DNA of 64,000 nucleotides, taken from positions 1,302,001-1,366,000 of the forward strand of contig NW_026250405.1 in assembly GCF_024521635.1 (NCBI RefSeq). Direction: 5' to 3'. The translations under genes and the position numbers were made by a program. The notes under the pieces were generated by a model. The model saw only the letters and a program-made list of their open reading frames with translations, had not been told where the DNA came from and did not search any database. Each line of letters begins with the position of its first letter. The stretch's first letter is position 1. Positions 13,180 to 24,941 of the stretch are shown one piece after another. Source of the DNA: Tricharina praecox (taxonomy: Eukaryota).

Positions 13180-14576
13180 TGCTGTATGCTCTGCCTATTA
13201 TATAAGTTCTGCTGGGAGGGGGGAGGGGGGCATAAGTAAGCATGTACTGGTACATAACTGCTAGTATCTGCTTCGTACTGGCTGACTGGCTGACTGAATG
13301 ACTGACTGGCTGGCAGTGCTCTGGAGAATCTTCAACTTCAAGACTCGGACTTACACCTGCTCGGTAGGTTGGCACTCATCCTCCTCCTCCTGGAGCGGAC
13401 AAGCCCACCGTACGGAGCGGGCCCTCTGGGCACGTCGGGACGTCGACTGGTATAGTATCCAAGCACCTAAAGTATGAAGTACTCTATCTTCAAAGTCAGT
13501 TCCGGGATATGTTCGGTAATCATCAAAGACAGATTATTCTTTTTTTTGGTGGGTGTGGGAGGGGGATTATGAAGATGGAGGTTTAGAGTGGGTTCAGAGT
13601 GAATGGGGATTGCAAGACTCAAGTTGCAAGTATCGTTCTATTTCCGGGCACGCATCGCAGGACGCCGATCCCACATTCTACAATGGCAGGCTGGCAGCTC
13701 CAATGCTCAATGCTCGTTGAACCTCACCACCACCCACCACCCACAACCCATCCACCATTCACAATCCACCATCCACCACCACCGCCTCCCCAGCCCTCCC
13801 ACCCATCCATGAGTAATTTTGCCCGACCGCTGGCCCTCCTGCACGACAACTGGACCGGACGCGATAGGGCGATGTCGTGTGACATGACGGCGAAAACAAT
13901 GCAAGCCCAGTGCGCCAACCACAACCCGCAATTCGGGATTCGTGGCTGACTGACTTGACTGACTTGACTGACTGGCTTTTCGGACCCGCCTCGCGTGCGT
14001 CGCATGCGTACTCCGTAAGCACGTCACACATCACACATCACACACTGCGCCCGTCGTGCCCGTCAAGCAAGTGGGTGAGAACTTTAGCTGGCTGGCTGGC
14101 TGGCTGGCTGGTTGGACAGCCGGACAGCCGGACAGCTGGATAGAGGGAGGGGGGATGGGGGATGAGGGATGTCTGTGATGGGAGGCCTCGCCGGCGATGC
14201 AGTGCTGCTGCTGGTATATCATGGCTGGCCCTTCCCGCCCCCCCCCCCCCCCCCCCCCATCACCACCCCCTCTTCGAGTCGGTTCGGTTCTCGAGCTTCA
14301 GCTCTTTATTGTCGAAGCCGTATACATAACGTCACCGCTGTCCACCTCGTCCCTGGTTTATTCTTGCCCCGTGCGCTGAGACCTCCATCCCCCGCACCGC
14401 TGCACGACCCGCCCGCCCGCCTGCCTGCCCGCCTGCCCGCCTCGCCCGCCCCACCCGCCCGCGCGCTCGCGCCGGTCCTCCCCCCCGCCCCCACCCAAAG
14501 CTGCACATCATACAAGTGCAGACACGAAAAGAAATACAGAAAATAAAAAAAGACAAAATACAACCCGAACCTCGAA

Positions 14577-15849
14577 ATGACGGAAGACGCCTGGCTCGCG
14601 GTGCTGATCCTGTTCTTCCTGCTGCCGACGATCCTGCTCTCGCTGCGCATCTACTTCGACACGTCGCGGTACCTCCGCAGCGGCTACCTCGCCTCCAGCG
14701 TGATATCGCTGATGTTCGCAATAACGTGCTATCTCTTCTTCGCGATCGCCTGCGGCATGACGTTCTACCGGTCGAGACGGCGAGTGCTGTATATGGACCG
14801 AGTGCCGGATCCGGACGTGGCCACGGGACGGCGGAGGGTGCCGCCGCTGCGCGCCCTGGGTCAGCCGCTCAAGGAGGCGACGATACTCCACAGCTATATC
14901 GTCCCCACGGGGCTGTGGCTCTGTAAGGCTAGCTTTGTGGCTATGTGTGGGTTTACCCTCACCCGAGCCCGAGAGAGTGTGGATGTAAAGCGAGTGAAAG
15001 CTGATGAACGAACGATCGGACAGACTTCAATCTGAAACGACATCTGAATGCCACCACTAAGAAACTGCTGTATGGCACCATCGCGTACCTGGTCGTCTCC
15101 TACCTCGTGTTGATCCTGACGCACGCCCTGTGGTGCGGCCGTATCTTCGGAAACCAATGGTACCCTCCTCTCCTCTCCTCTCCCCCGACTGCATTTGCTC
15201 ATCCTCACCCAGGGCACGCACCCCGCAACACCACTGCACGCCCTTCACGCACGTGCTCAGCATCAGCATCTACGCGATCACGAACATCACGTCCGACATA
15301 TTGGTACTCGCGATCCCTCTGGTGATATTCTACTACATCCAGGTGCCACCGCGCGAGAAGTACGCAATCCTCTTCCTTCTGTTCCTAGGGCTGGCCACGA
15401 TCGCGACCACGGCGACGTGCTGCGCACTGCACATAAAGTTCCGCTCGCACCTGCTGGTCTACTACTCATTCATCCAGCTTGCCGAGCTGCTCGCGTGTGT
15501 CGAGCTCTCGGTGGCCGTGTGCGCGGTCTCCCTGCCGAGTCTGAAGGCAGTGCTCTATAGAAAGAGAGAGCTGAGGAGAATGCGCGGCGAGAGTAAGCGC
15601 AGCACCACGCACACTGTTACTACGAACGCTAGCGCGAGGAATACGATGGAGCGAGGGCGCGGGGAGGATGAGGACGAGGACCCGGAGGAGGAGCAGGCGG
15701 ATGGCTGGATGCCCGACGGGGAGGAGGACGAGGGAAGACTCATCATCATGCGCAGGATCAGCTATGAAGTCGAGTCCTCGCCCGCGGAGATCCCGCTGCC
15801 GCTGTCGCCGTTGTCGCCGATGTCTCCGGGGCCGGCTGTGAGAGTATAA
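14577..15849 (+). CDS. PTH11-like (fungal rhodopsin-domain) integral membrane protein, no CFEM domain
   Basis: Exons 14577-14946, 15024-15159, 15213-15849. Multiple TM segments, with motifs LWLCKASFVAMY, NITSDILVLAIP, REKYAILFLLFLG and ELSVAVCAVSLPSLK, and an acidic cytoplasmic tail. Confidence 0.8.
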
Positions 15850-16467
15850 CATAACATTGGGCTTTTTTCTTTTCTTTTCTTTTCTTTTTTGCTGGGGCAT
15901 GGGCTTGCGGAGTTGGCATTGGAGTGGAGTCGGAACAGGAGTTGGTTTGGAGTTTTGGGCGTTTTGATTTGGTCTCTTTTTCTTTTCTTTTTTTCTTTCT
16001 TTCGTGTTTATGAGGTTGGGTTGGGTCATGTTTGTGTAATGTTTGTACCGATATGAGCGATGACATGATGTACGGTAGTTATCGCCGATTTATTTGGTGG
16101 TATACATATTAATGATGATGATGATGATGTTGTTGTGGGCGGGGGATAGGTAGGCCTCGAGTATGATGTTTACTGTAGTCTGTATAGTCCAAGGAAGGGG
16201 AAAACTGTGGTAATACTACATGCCATATCGATCATGAAGAAGATGGAAGTAATACGGCAAAAGTACGGGTTTTTGGGGCCCTGATACGGCAATAGTGACC
16301 AGCCAACCGGCACGCCCGTAAAGCGCAAAGGCGGGTGGATGATGGGAGCCGAGATATGGAAGCCAGCATACTCGGTACCCGCTAGAAGAGGAGGAGGAAG
16401 TGGGTGAGCGAAGACACTCATAATGTATGGTATCCATCAAGCCGTAGCAAGTGAGTGTGAATAGGCT

Positions 16468-16706
16468 GGCTTGCTCAAACAGAATCCTCTCGCGCTCTAC
16501 CGGTGAGGTGAAACATCGGCAGCTTCCCGAGTCCTAACCAGCGGGCATGATCATCCATTAACTATGGGATCATCCGCCGCCAACGGGCCTTCCGTACACA
16601 GCAGATCACTCGCTGCATAATGCACAGTGCATGGGGCATTTTCGTCCGCAGCCGTTCAAGCTTCACGGCTCACTTCACATGTTAAGGGGAACTGTAAAGG
16701 AAGGAA
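16468..16706 (+). repeat. Dispersed degenerate repeat, copy A (inverted homologue at 31839-32074)
   Basis: Manual alignment of the reverse complement shows colinear shared blocks, e.g. TGAAGCTTGRACGGCTGCGGAYGAAAATGC, GAAGGCCCGTTGGCGGYGGATGATCC and GTTTGAGCAAGCC. Confidence 0.85.
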
Positions 16707-17114
16707 CATTCTCACTTGGCATCGACAAGTTCAGTTCAGTTCACCGGTCGTTTCTTTGCCGCAGCCGGCCGGCGCATTGGAGACTTCTATTTACATACTC
16801 GGTCTTTGGGTATGTATCGACCATCACCGTGGTGACGACTGATCATCTCGCCATGCAGGGACCGGGATGCTTATTTTACCGAAAAAAGCTACTCCAGTCC
16901 ACCCCATGCCGCCGTGCCGTCTTATGATGTGCTGCAAAAAGCTTGTCTCCGTACCTAGCTCCCCTCCATCGCAGAGCTGTTACCTCGGCCCATCGGCCGG
17001 GCGAGACAATGGGGGGGGGGGGGGGGGGGGGGTGGGGGTGCTTTCCATCTCACAGCACCCTCCCCCTCCCCGCGCACTTCTCCACCCCATAAACCAACCG
17101 CCGCCGCCGCCGCG

Positions 17115-18681
17115 ATGATCCGCCAGCTAATACCCCGCATCTCCCGCTATGGCCGCAGCTACTCCACCGCCGCTGCCGCCGTCCCCCCCAGCCCCAGCAG
17201 CGGCGCCCTCCCCCTCGCCGGCCTGACAGTCCTGGACATGACCCGCGTCCTGGCCGGCCCGTACTGCACGCAGATCCTGGGCGACCTCGGCGCTACAGTC
17301 GTCAAGACTGAGCACCCCGTTACTGGCGATGACACGCGCGCTTGGGGGCCGCCGTTCGCTGAGACAAAGGATGGCGATGGCGAGGGCGGAAGGGGGGAGA
17401 GTGCGTATTTTTTATGTGTATGGCCCCCCGTCTGTTTCCGGGGGGAGAGAGAGGGTGGGGAGATCGTGCTGATGGATGGGTTGCAGGCAAACCGGTGAGC
17501 GCGAGGAAGGCGAGAGGGACGGAGAGAGGGACGGAGGGATGGGAGGGCTGAGTAGGATGATGGGAGGGCAGGAACAAAAAATCGATCGGCATATCGTTCA
17601 AGCACGCACGGGGACAAGAGATCCTGCGGCAGCTCGCGGCCCAGTCTGACATCCTAGTCGAGAACTACCTCCCTGGCACACTGGCGCGATACGGGCTGGA
17701 CTACGCCTCGCTCTCCGCCGCCAACCCGCGACTGATCTACACCTCCATCACGGGCTATGGGCAGACAGGCCCGTACGCCGCCCGCGCCGGCTACGACGTC
17801 ATGGTTGAGGCCGAGTTCGGGCTGATGCACATCACGGGCGAGGCCGATGGCCCGCCGGTAAAGGTGGGCGTCGCGGTGACAGACATGACCACAGGTTTGT
17901 GGGCGAGTAATTCCATCATGGCGGCGCTTATTGCGCGCGGCGTGACGGGCCGCGGACAGCATATAGATGTGGCGCTCAGCGACTGCCAGGTCGCCACTCT
18001 GGCAAATATTGCCAGCTCCGCGCTGATATCGGGGGAGAAGGATGGGGGGAGGTTTGGGACTGCGCACCGTGGGTTTTCTCTCCCGTCCGGCCAGAGCAGG
18101 AAGACTGATTTGCGGGGGAAGCGTCCATCGTACCTTACGAAGCATTCCCGACGAAGGATGGCTCGATCCTCCTCGGCGGCGGCAACGACCGCCTCTACGG
18201 CGTTCTGTGCACGAAGATTGGCCAGCCGCAGTGGACGGCCGATCCCCGCTTCGTCACCAACACCATGCGTGTTCAGAACCGTAAGGTCCTTGTTCTCATG
18301 ATCGGCGACATCATGAAAACAAAAACCACCCAGGTTCCTCCCTCCTCCTCCCATCTGCCCCCCCGCCTTCCCCTGCTAACGATTTCAAAGGAATGGCTCC
18401 AAATCCTCGAAGGCTGCGGCATGCCCTACGCGCCTATCAACGATATACAGACAACGCTGGCGCACGAACACGTGCGCGCACGCGGGATGGTGCAGACGGT
18501 CGAGCACCCCACCATTGGGCCCATACGGCTGGTCAATACTCCCGTCAAGTACTCGGAGGCGACGCCGGGGATCCGAACGCCGCCGCCGACATTGGGGCAG
18601 CACACGGATGAGGTGCTGCGGGAGTTGGGGTTGGGCGAGGAGGAGATTGCGGAGTTGAGGGGGGAGGGCGTTGTTGCTTAA
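17115..18681 (+). CDS. Family III CoA-transferase (CaiB/BaiF; SUGCT-like), probably mitochondrial
   Basis: Exons 17115-17417, 17487-17494, 17572-18068, 18122-18333, 18391-18681. Motifs: [65 protein letters not shown] and [12 protein letters not shown]. The Arg-rich N-terminus resembles a mitochondrial presequence. Confidence 0.93.
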
Positions 18682-19367
18682 TATGGCGTGGATCGGCAAG
18701 CTCGAAGGTACAATTTATGCTGTCGCTCATCCGTAGATAAGACGGTACATGCGCTGCTCGTGCTCGCTCAAGATATAGTTCCAAGTTCCAACCAGAGCCA
18801 AAGCCGTGGTGTTTACCAGTGATTGACGTTAACGATACGATATCATTCACCGTGTCCCAAAGCCATCTAATATGTAGAAACAACACCTGCCGACAGTTCT
18901 AGTTCCAGCCTGCGCAAACTCCTCACCTACAGTGTATGTAACCCTTATGCACACCCAGCCCAACGCCCAAGTGACGCAGCAGCAGCAGCAGCAGAAGACA
19001 TGCCTCCATGCCATTCCAGTCGAGTCCGTGACCTCATGGCACGCACGACACACAGCCACGCACGGCACACAGCGCTGCAGGGCCCGCACAGTATCCAGTA
19101 GCAGGAAAATAACACCCAGCCGCGGAGCTAGATGAGCTCGCAGGCGAACCCACGCTCAGTGCACACGGCCGTCGACCGGAACCGCAGCGGCAGGTAGGGC
19201 GTCACAAGGCATCACTCACTGCCGGGATTTTGGCTCTCCACCACCTGGCGGCGGGGACTTGCAGCACAGCTACTTGGCTAGATACCTCTTGGTAAGTATG
19301 TGTGTAGTGTATTGGGTGTATGTGTAAGTACGCAACCCCCCGCTGTGCCGCTGTACCGCGTATCAAG

Positions 19368-19398
<31 letters not shown>

Positions 19399-19574
19399 TA
19401 GGCGTGTGAGCACTCATCAAATCCCGCAGATCCACAGCTTCCTCGCCAGGCTTCGTCACCAGGCTCCAGCGGCTGGTAACCGCGGTGGTTCAACCGCTCA
19501 TACTGCTGCCTACCGCTACCGCCTCCCCGCTACCGCCTGCTCCCTGCCTCCGGTGGTCAGGCTCCTCCCCGCCC

Positions 19575-19633
19575 GATGCTCGCCTTTCGATGCTCGCCTT
19601 TTGATGCTCGCCTTTTGATGCTCGCCTTTCGAT
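19575..19633. repeat. 14-bp tandem repeat (GATGCTCGCCTTTY) x4
   Basis: Direct tandem copies visible. Confidence 0.88.
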
Positions 19634-20239
19634 GGGAACTTCGGTACAATGTGCAGCGGTCGATACACCGGCTCCTTCCTTCCTTCCTTCCCTCCTTCCC
19701 TCACTCACTTACTCTCACTCTCACTCTCGATCGAAGGGAGGAAGGGATGGAGGGAGGGGGGGAAGATTGGATTCCAAGCATGCATTCCTCTTTGCCGTTC
19801 CCGTTCTCGGTGTCGAAAGTCAATGTCAATGTCAAAGTCGAAGTCAATGACAAAGTCAACATCAAAGCCAATGTCAAAGCCAATTTCGATTAATGTCAGT
19901 ACCAAAGTTCTAAAGCCAATGTTCCAAGTTCCAAAGCCAAACTCAAAGGTCAATGCATGTTCCAAAGTGATGTTTGATTTCCCTCTTGCTACGTGACAAC
20001 AAAACCAAAACAGACCAAGACCAAGAACCAAGACCAAGACCAAAAAAAACCAACACTCCCGAACGGAACGGAAAAAAAAAGAACACAACAAAAAGTTACT
20101 ACGGGAAGGGAATTGGGGATGATTGATTGATTGATGTGAGCGTATGAGTGTGTGTACGTCTCTCCATCCACCAAGCCAAGCCCAGCCAACAACAGAAAAG
20201 AAGAAAAAAAGTCAAAGCAGCCAATTTTTTCCCCTTCTT

Positions 20240-21376
20240 CTAATCCTTCATCTCGGCGTCCTCATCCTCCTTGTTCTCAGCTGTCGCAGCGACAGCAGCA
20301 GTGGCGGCGTTGATAGCCTTGAGGGCGACATCGACGCTCTGGGCGGGATTAGCGGGGGCCCTCTTGAGCACGGTAGCCTTCTGGGTGGCGTCGACGGCCT
20401 TCTGGATGACCACGACGCTGCGAACGGTGCCCTTGGCGGCGCCCGCCTTCTTGACGCCGAGGCGCGCGTGCAGCTCGTACTTCGCGTCGCACAGCAGCTG
20501 GATGTCGGCCAGGTTCTGCTTGGTGTGGAACTTTTCGTTGGCGCTGGGACTGTCGCCAGACAGCCCGTAGACCGCGTAGCCGAGCCCGCGGAATTGCGCG
20601 GTGCTGTCGCGGAACGCACACGCTTGCGTCGTGCAACCGGGCGTGGAGGCTGGGGAGTGGGTGTTAGCAGGGTTACATATATATGTGTGTGTGTATGTGT
20701 ATGTGTGTGTGTGTGGGTGTGGGTGTGTGTGTATGGAACGAGAGGATTTGTGGGGGGGATGGGATCATGTACCCTTGGGGTATGCGAAGATTACAATGCC
20801 CTTTTCCGAGGCGGCGACGAGCGCGCTGATAGTGGTGGTTTCGCCGGTATGGGTCTGGATCTCGGGAAGATCGTCAGGGATAGAATCGCCCTCATTCAAC
20901 TCCGCGACAGCGGCCGGGGCAGCAGCAGCAGAGGTGGCTGGGGCGACGGCGGCGGCAGCGGGCTCCTCATCGGCGGTCGCGGGCTTTTCCTCGGTAGCGG
21001 GCGCGACGGAGGCTGGGACGACAGCAGCGACAGCCTTCTTGACAGCGGAGGCAGCCTTCTTGACGGCGGGAGCCTTCTTCTCGGCAGGAGCCTTCTTCTC
21101 GGCAGGAGCCTTCTTCTCGGCAGGAGCCTTCTTCTCGGCAGGAGCCTTCTTCTCGGCAGGAGCCTTCTTCTCGGCAGGAGCCTTCTTCTCGGCAGCGGGC
21201 TTCTTCTCCTTCTTCTTCTCCTCCACGTCCTTGGGGGCGGCGGGAGTAGTGCGCTTCTTCTTGGGCGCGGGCGCGACGACCTCGGGCTCTGCTGCTGTGG
21301 TGGCCTCCGCTGTCGGCGAAGTCCTCTTGGCTGAATTGCGCGCACTGCGGCGGAGGACGACTGGAGGGGCCGACAT
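20240..21376 (-). CDS. DOT5: BCP/PrxQ-type peroxiredoxin (Dot5-like) with Lys/Ala/Pro-rich N-terminal extension
   Basis: Exons 21376-20773 and 20649-20240. Spliced product reads VIFAYPKASTPGCTTQACAFRD, then VYGLSGDSP and LLCD. The N-terminus has RRSAR/KKKR basic motifs and (AEKKAP)n. Confidence 0.9.
21071..21196 (-). repeat. 18-bp coding tandem repeat encoding (AEKKAP) x~7
   Basis: GCCTTCTTCTCGGCAGGA is repeated on the + strand inside DOT5 exon 1. Confidence 0.92.
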
Positions 21377-21407
<31 letters not shown>

Positions 21408-23065
21408 AGTGGGAGGGTGATAAAAGGGGGATGGGGGATGTGTGCGCGTGAAGGGTAGGATACGATACGATACTACAACACGGAGGGGTGCAGAGAGAAG
21501 GCGGCGGCGGGGAGGGGGTTCGGAGGAGGAGGAGCGAGAGAGCAGGCAGACGAAGTTTGGGGGGGATTGAGTAAGGACGCGTGCGTTGTGAGGGAATTTA
21601 TACTTGCTGGTTGGTTGGTGGTGGTGGTTGTGGTGGTGGGCAGAATCGATATTCCTCCTACCTTACCTTACCACTGCTGCACTGTACGTGATGGCTGCTG
21701 CTGGTGCTGGTGCTGCCGGTGCTGGTGCTGCTTTTGCTGCTGCTGCTGTTGTTGCCAGTGTTGACACCCAGAATTGCGGATTTGCGTGCGTGCCCTGAGC
21801 GCTGCCGCTGTCCTCGCTCCTGCCCCCGTCCATCCCTTCATCATCCATTGCGACTCTCGTGCGCTCTCCTGGAACGAGCCTCTAGTTACTGAGGAAAAGT
21901 GACTGCACTCTTCTGGCGCTCCCTCCGCCCGTCGCGCTTCTTCCCACTCACTCCATCTCCATCGTCCATTCCCTCAGACGCCCATTCCCCCAGACTCGCA
22001 GTCCCTCTTCGCCCGTTTTCGCGTGCGGTATGTAAGCAACTACATAACCACATAACCAACCACATAACCAGCAGGCCGGGGCTCGCTTTCGCTTCGATTC
22101 CACACTGCGCACATCTACGTATCTGCCGTACCTAGAGCATGCTCATGCGTTTTCTTTCCTTTTCCCCCTCTCTCTCCTGCCTAGCAGGCCTCGTATGCTA
22201 CATCTCATATCCACCTCTACCGTGCCGGTAGCGGAAGCTGGCATTGAAGTTGACAGGCTGGCTGACTGCCTGGCTGGAGGACAGTTATGGCCAGGCAGGC
22301 TGGGCGGTGGGCAATGGGCAGCACACACTCCGGCCCGAGCATGAATCATGATCACTCGTATGTAAAAGTCAGGCTGCGGATATGAACTCAAAATCAAAAT
22401 CGCAGTCGCAATCGAAACCGGTTTTTTCTCATCTCGTCCGGTCGTGGTCTGGGGAAGGAACGCGAGTGGCTACACTGGCTACACTGGCTGGCTGGTATAG
22501 TCTCCCCGCCGAAAGAATCCGGCACGTCAGGACTCAGTCAGTCTATCAACAAAAACCCTTCATTTCTGGCTCTACATAAGTACGCTGCTGCTGCTGCGGC
22601 GGCTATGTATCGATGGGCAGTGGTGGTTGGTGCTGATACTTGCACTACACTTGATAATGGAACTCGAAAACGTCAGGTGAAGTGCATCAGCCAACACTTT
22701 GCATGTAACGAACACAAACCCAACCCCAACACGCCCGACCCCCCAGGCCTGACAATTCCATAATTCCATGATTCCCATTCCATTCCAACCGTAAATAACA
22801 AAGGAAACATAACATGAGGAATGATGATAGTAAGAAGATGAAGAAGATGAAGAAGATGAAGAAGAAAAGAAGAAGAAAAAGAGTGATGGTGATGGTGATA
22901 TTACGTGATCCCAACACAAGAAATTCGAAAAGAAAAAAAAACTAAAAAAATACTCGAGAGGAACAACACCGAAGCAAGAGATTTGAAGATACGTTTCCAC
23001 CCCAATCACAAAGACAACCACAGACCAAAAAGAACCAACGCCAAGTAGAGGAACGAATACCCTTC

Positions 23066-24552
23066 TCAGTTCTCCCTGAGTTCCAGCTGAGCCTTGAGGA
23101 CCCGCGCCTCCTGCTCCATTTTATCCACGAGCTTCCTTGTATCGAGGAGCACACCCACCGAGCTCTGAAGCTGCTCGTACTTCTGCACCGTTTTGGCCGT
23201 GGGCATCGTCAGATTGCCGATGCCCATCTGCGCTAGCGCGTTCGCGACCTTGGTGGCGGTCGCTCCCTTGACGTTGCTGGCGACCATGCCCGAGCGCAGC
23301 TTGACGCCCGACGCCAGTTTGTCGTGGTTGGAAACTCCGTACATGGCCTCTTCTTCTTTCGACAGCTTTCTGCGCTTGACTTCTTTACTTTCCCGCTCCT
23401 TGGTGTTTCCCGGTCCACTGCCACCGGCGCCGCCGCCGCCGATAGCGCTCCTGTCAATTGAGTTGGCAGATGTCGGAGTCGGTTGAGCAGTCTCTGCGCT
23501 GTTGCCGCCGGCGCCATTGGCCTGTCCCAATGCGATCGACTTCCTCTTTTTGTTCTTGTCCGAGCTCGAGAGCATCAGATCGCGCAGGTGCGTGAGGCCC
23601 TGGCTGCCGGTATATGGCGCGATGGATCCGGTCGTCGGCGGGAAGTTGAGGCGCTGGAAAAGATCCCGGCGCTCCTCGAACATGCGTTCCTGATTGCCAA
23701 CGATCCTCTTGAGCTCCGCCAACAACATCTCTTCCTCCTTGAACTCCTCCTCAGTCTTGTTGAACTGTCGCTCAGCCATCGCCTTGCGCATCACTTCCCG
23801 CTCCTTGTCGAAATTCATGAGGTTGAATGTGCTGATCTCCTCGGGCGTCATTTGCCCCATGGGAGTCCGCAGTTCCATCAATACGCGACAGACCAAGTAG
23901 TACCTCGCCTTTAGATCTTCCTGGCTGCGCTTCTTATCCGGCCACTCGTAGCGATCCCAGATGATCGGGAAGCGCAGGTCGTACTCGCGGCACAGCGCGA
24001 AGAGGTAGTCAGTCTCGTCCTTCGTCCAATCGTCGTTCTTGAGAACCTCGTATTCGCCATTGGTGTACTCGGGCACGTCGACCTTAACATTGAACTTGCT
24101 GAACTTGTAAACGACGTCGCCCGGGCTGTCGGATTTGCGCTCCCAGTGGTGGAGCACCAGGTCGTCGCCGCGAGCAGGATTCTGGAAGCCTTTCCACACC
24201 CTACGCAAGACAAAAGCCACCCCTTAGTTCTGTCTGTCCCTCCCCCCAATGCGGAATGTCGCTCACCATGGATTCGCCTTTCCCATCCACCGCGGCTTCT
24301 CTTTGAACTTATTCTCGACGATGGCAACTGGAGGTGGGTTCTCTCCCAGGAGCGCGAACAGCTCGCGAGTGATACCGTCTGTTCTCCTATGTTAACAGAG
24401 CTCTGCGACTAAGGGAACTCTGGAAGGAGAGGCAGGCACACACCTGGTCGCTTTTCCACTGTCTTCTGTTTCTTTGCCGGTGGTGGGCGCGGAAGGCCCT
24501 CGACAGGACCGGTGATGTCCATGACATCGCGGACGTCTTGGAAGCCGCTCAT
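23066..24552 (-). CDS. SWC4: SWR1/NuA4 complex subunit Swc4 (DMAP1/Eaf2; SANT domain)
   Basis: Exons 24552-24444, 24378-24267, 24200-23066. Motifs: DVRDVMDI, PDGITRELFALLGE, WVWKGFQNPAR..LVLHHW, YKFSKFNVK, WTKDETDYLF, YDLRFPIIWDRY and RSQEDLKARYY. Confidence 0.93.
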
Positions 24553-24941
24553 GCTGAATAGATGAGAGTCGCTGCGAAGTGTGGTGTGGAGTGTGTACGA
24601 GTGCGGGGGGTAGAGGGGTCGTGGGGTTTCGTTCGCGTCCGAGTTGGTGAGTGAAGGAAGTTACTCTACCTTCATCTACCTTGAAATCTAGATGCGCGAG
24701 CTTCCATGGTGGTACACGCTAGTAAGCAGTCTCGGAACCTGCCGAACACCGCGTTGCTGTCGTAACGGACTCTCTCATCTCTTTGTGGAAAGCAACAAAC
24801 ACATCAGCGAGGAACCAACACCACCAACACCACCACCATATTATCACACAGACACATCCGACATTCCACGGCTTCAACGGACTCTTTGTTATCCCGCCCC
24901 ACATACCCCCCATATAACGCATCCACCCCCCACCATCCGCG

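Noticed and set aside
20144..21458. Long + strand ORFs (396 and 285 aa)
   Set aside because: Antisense shadows of the GC3-biased, repetitive DOT5 CDS.
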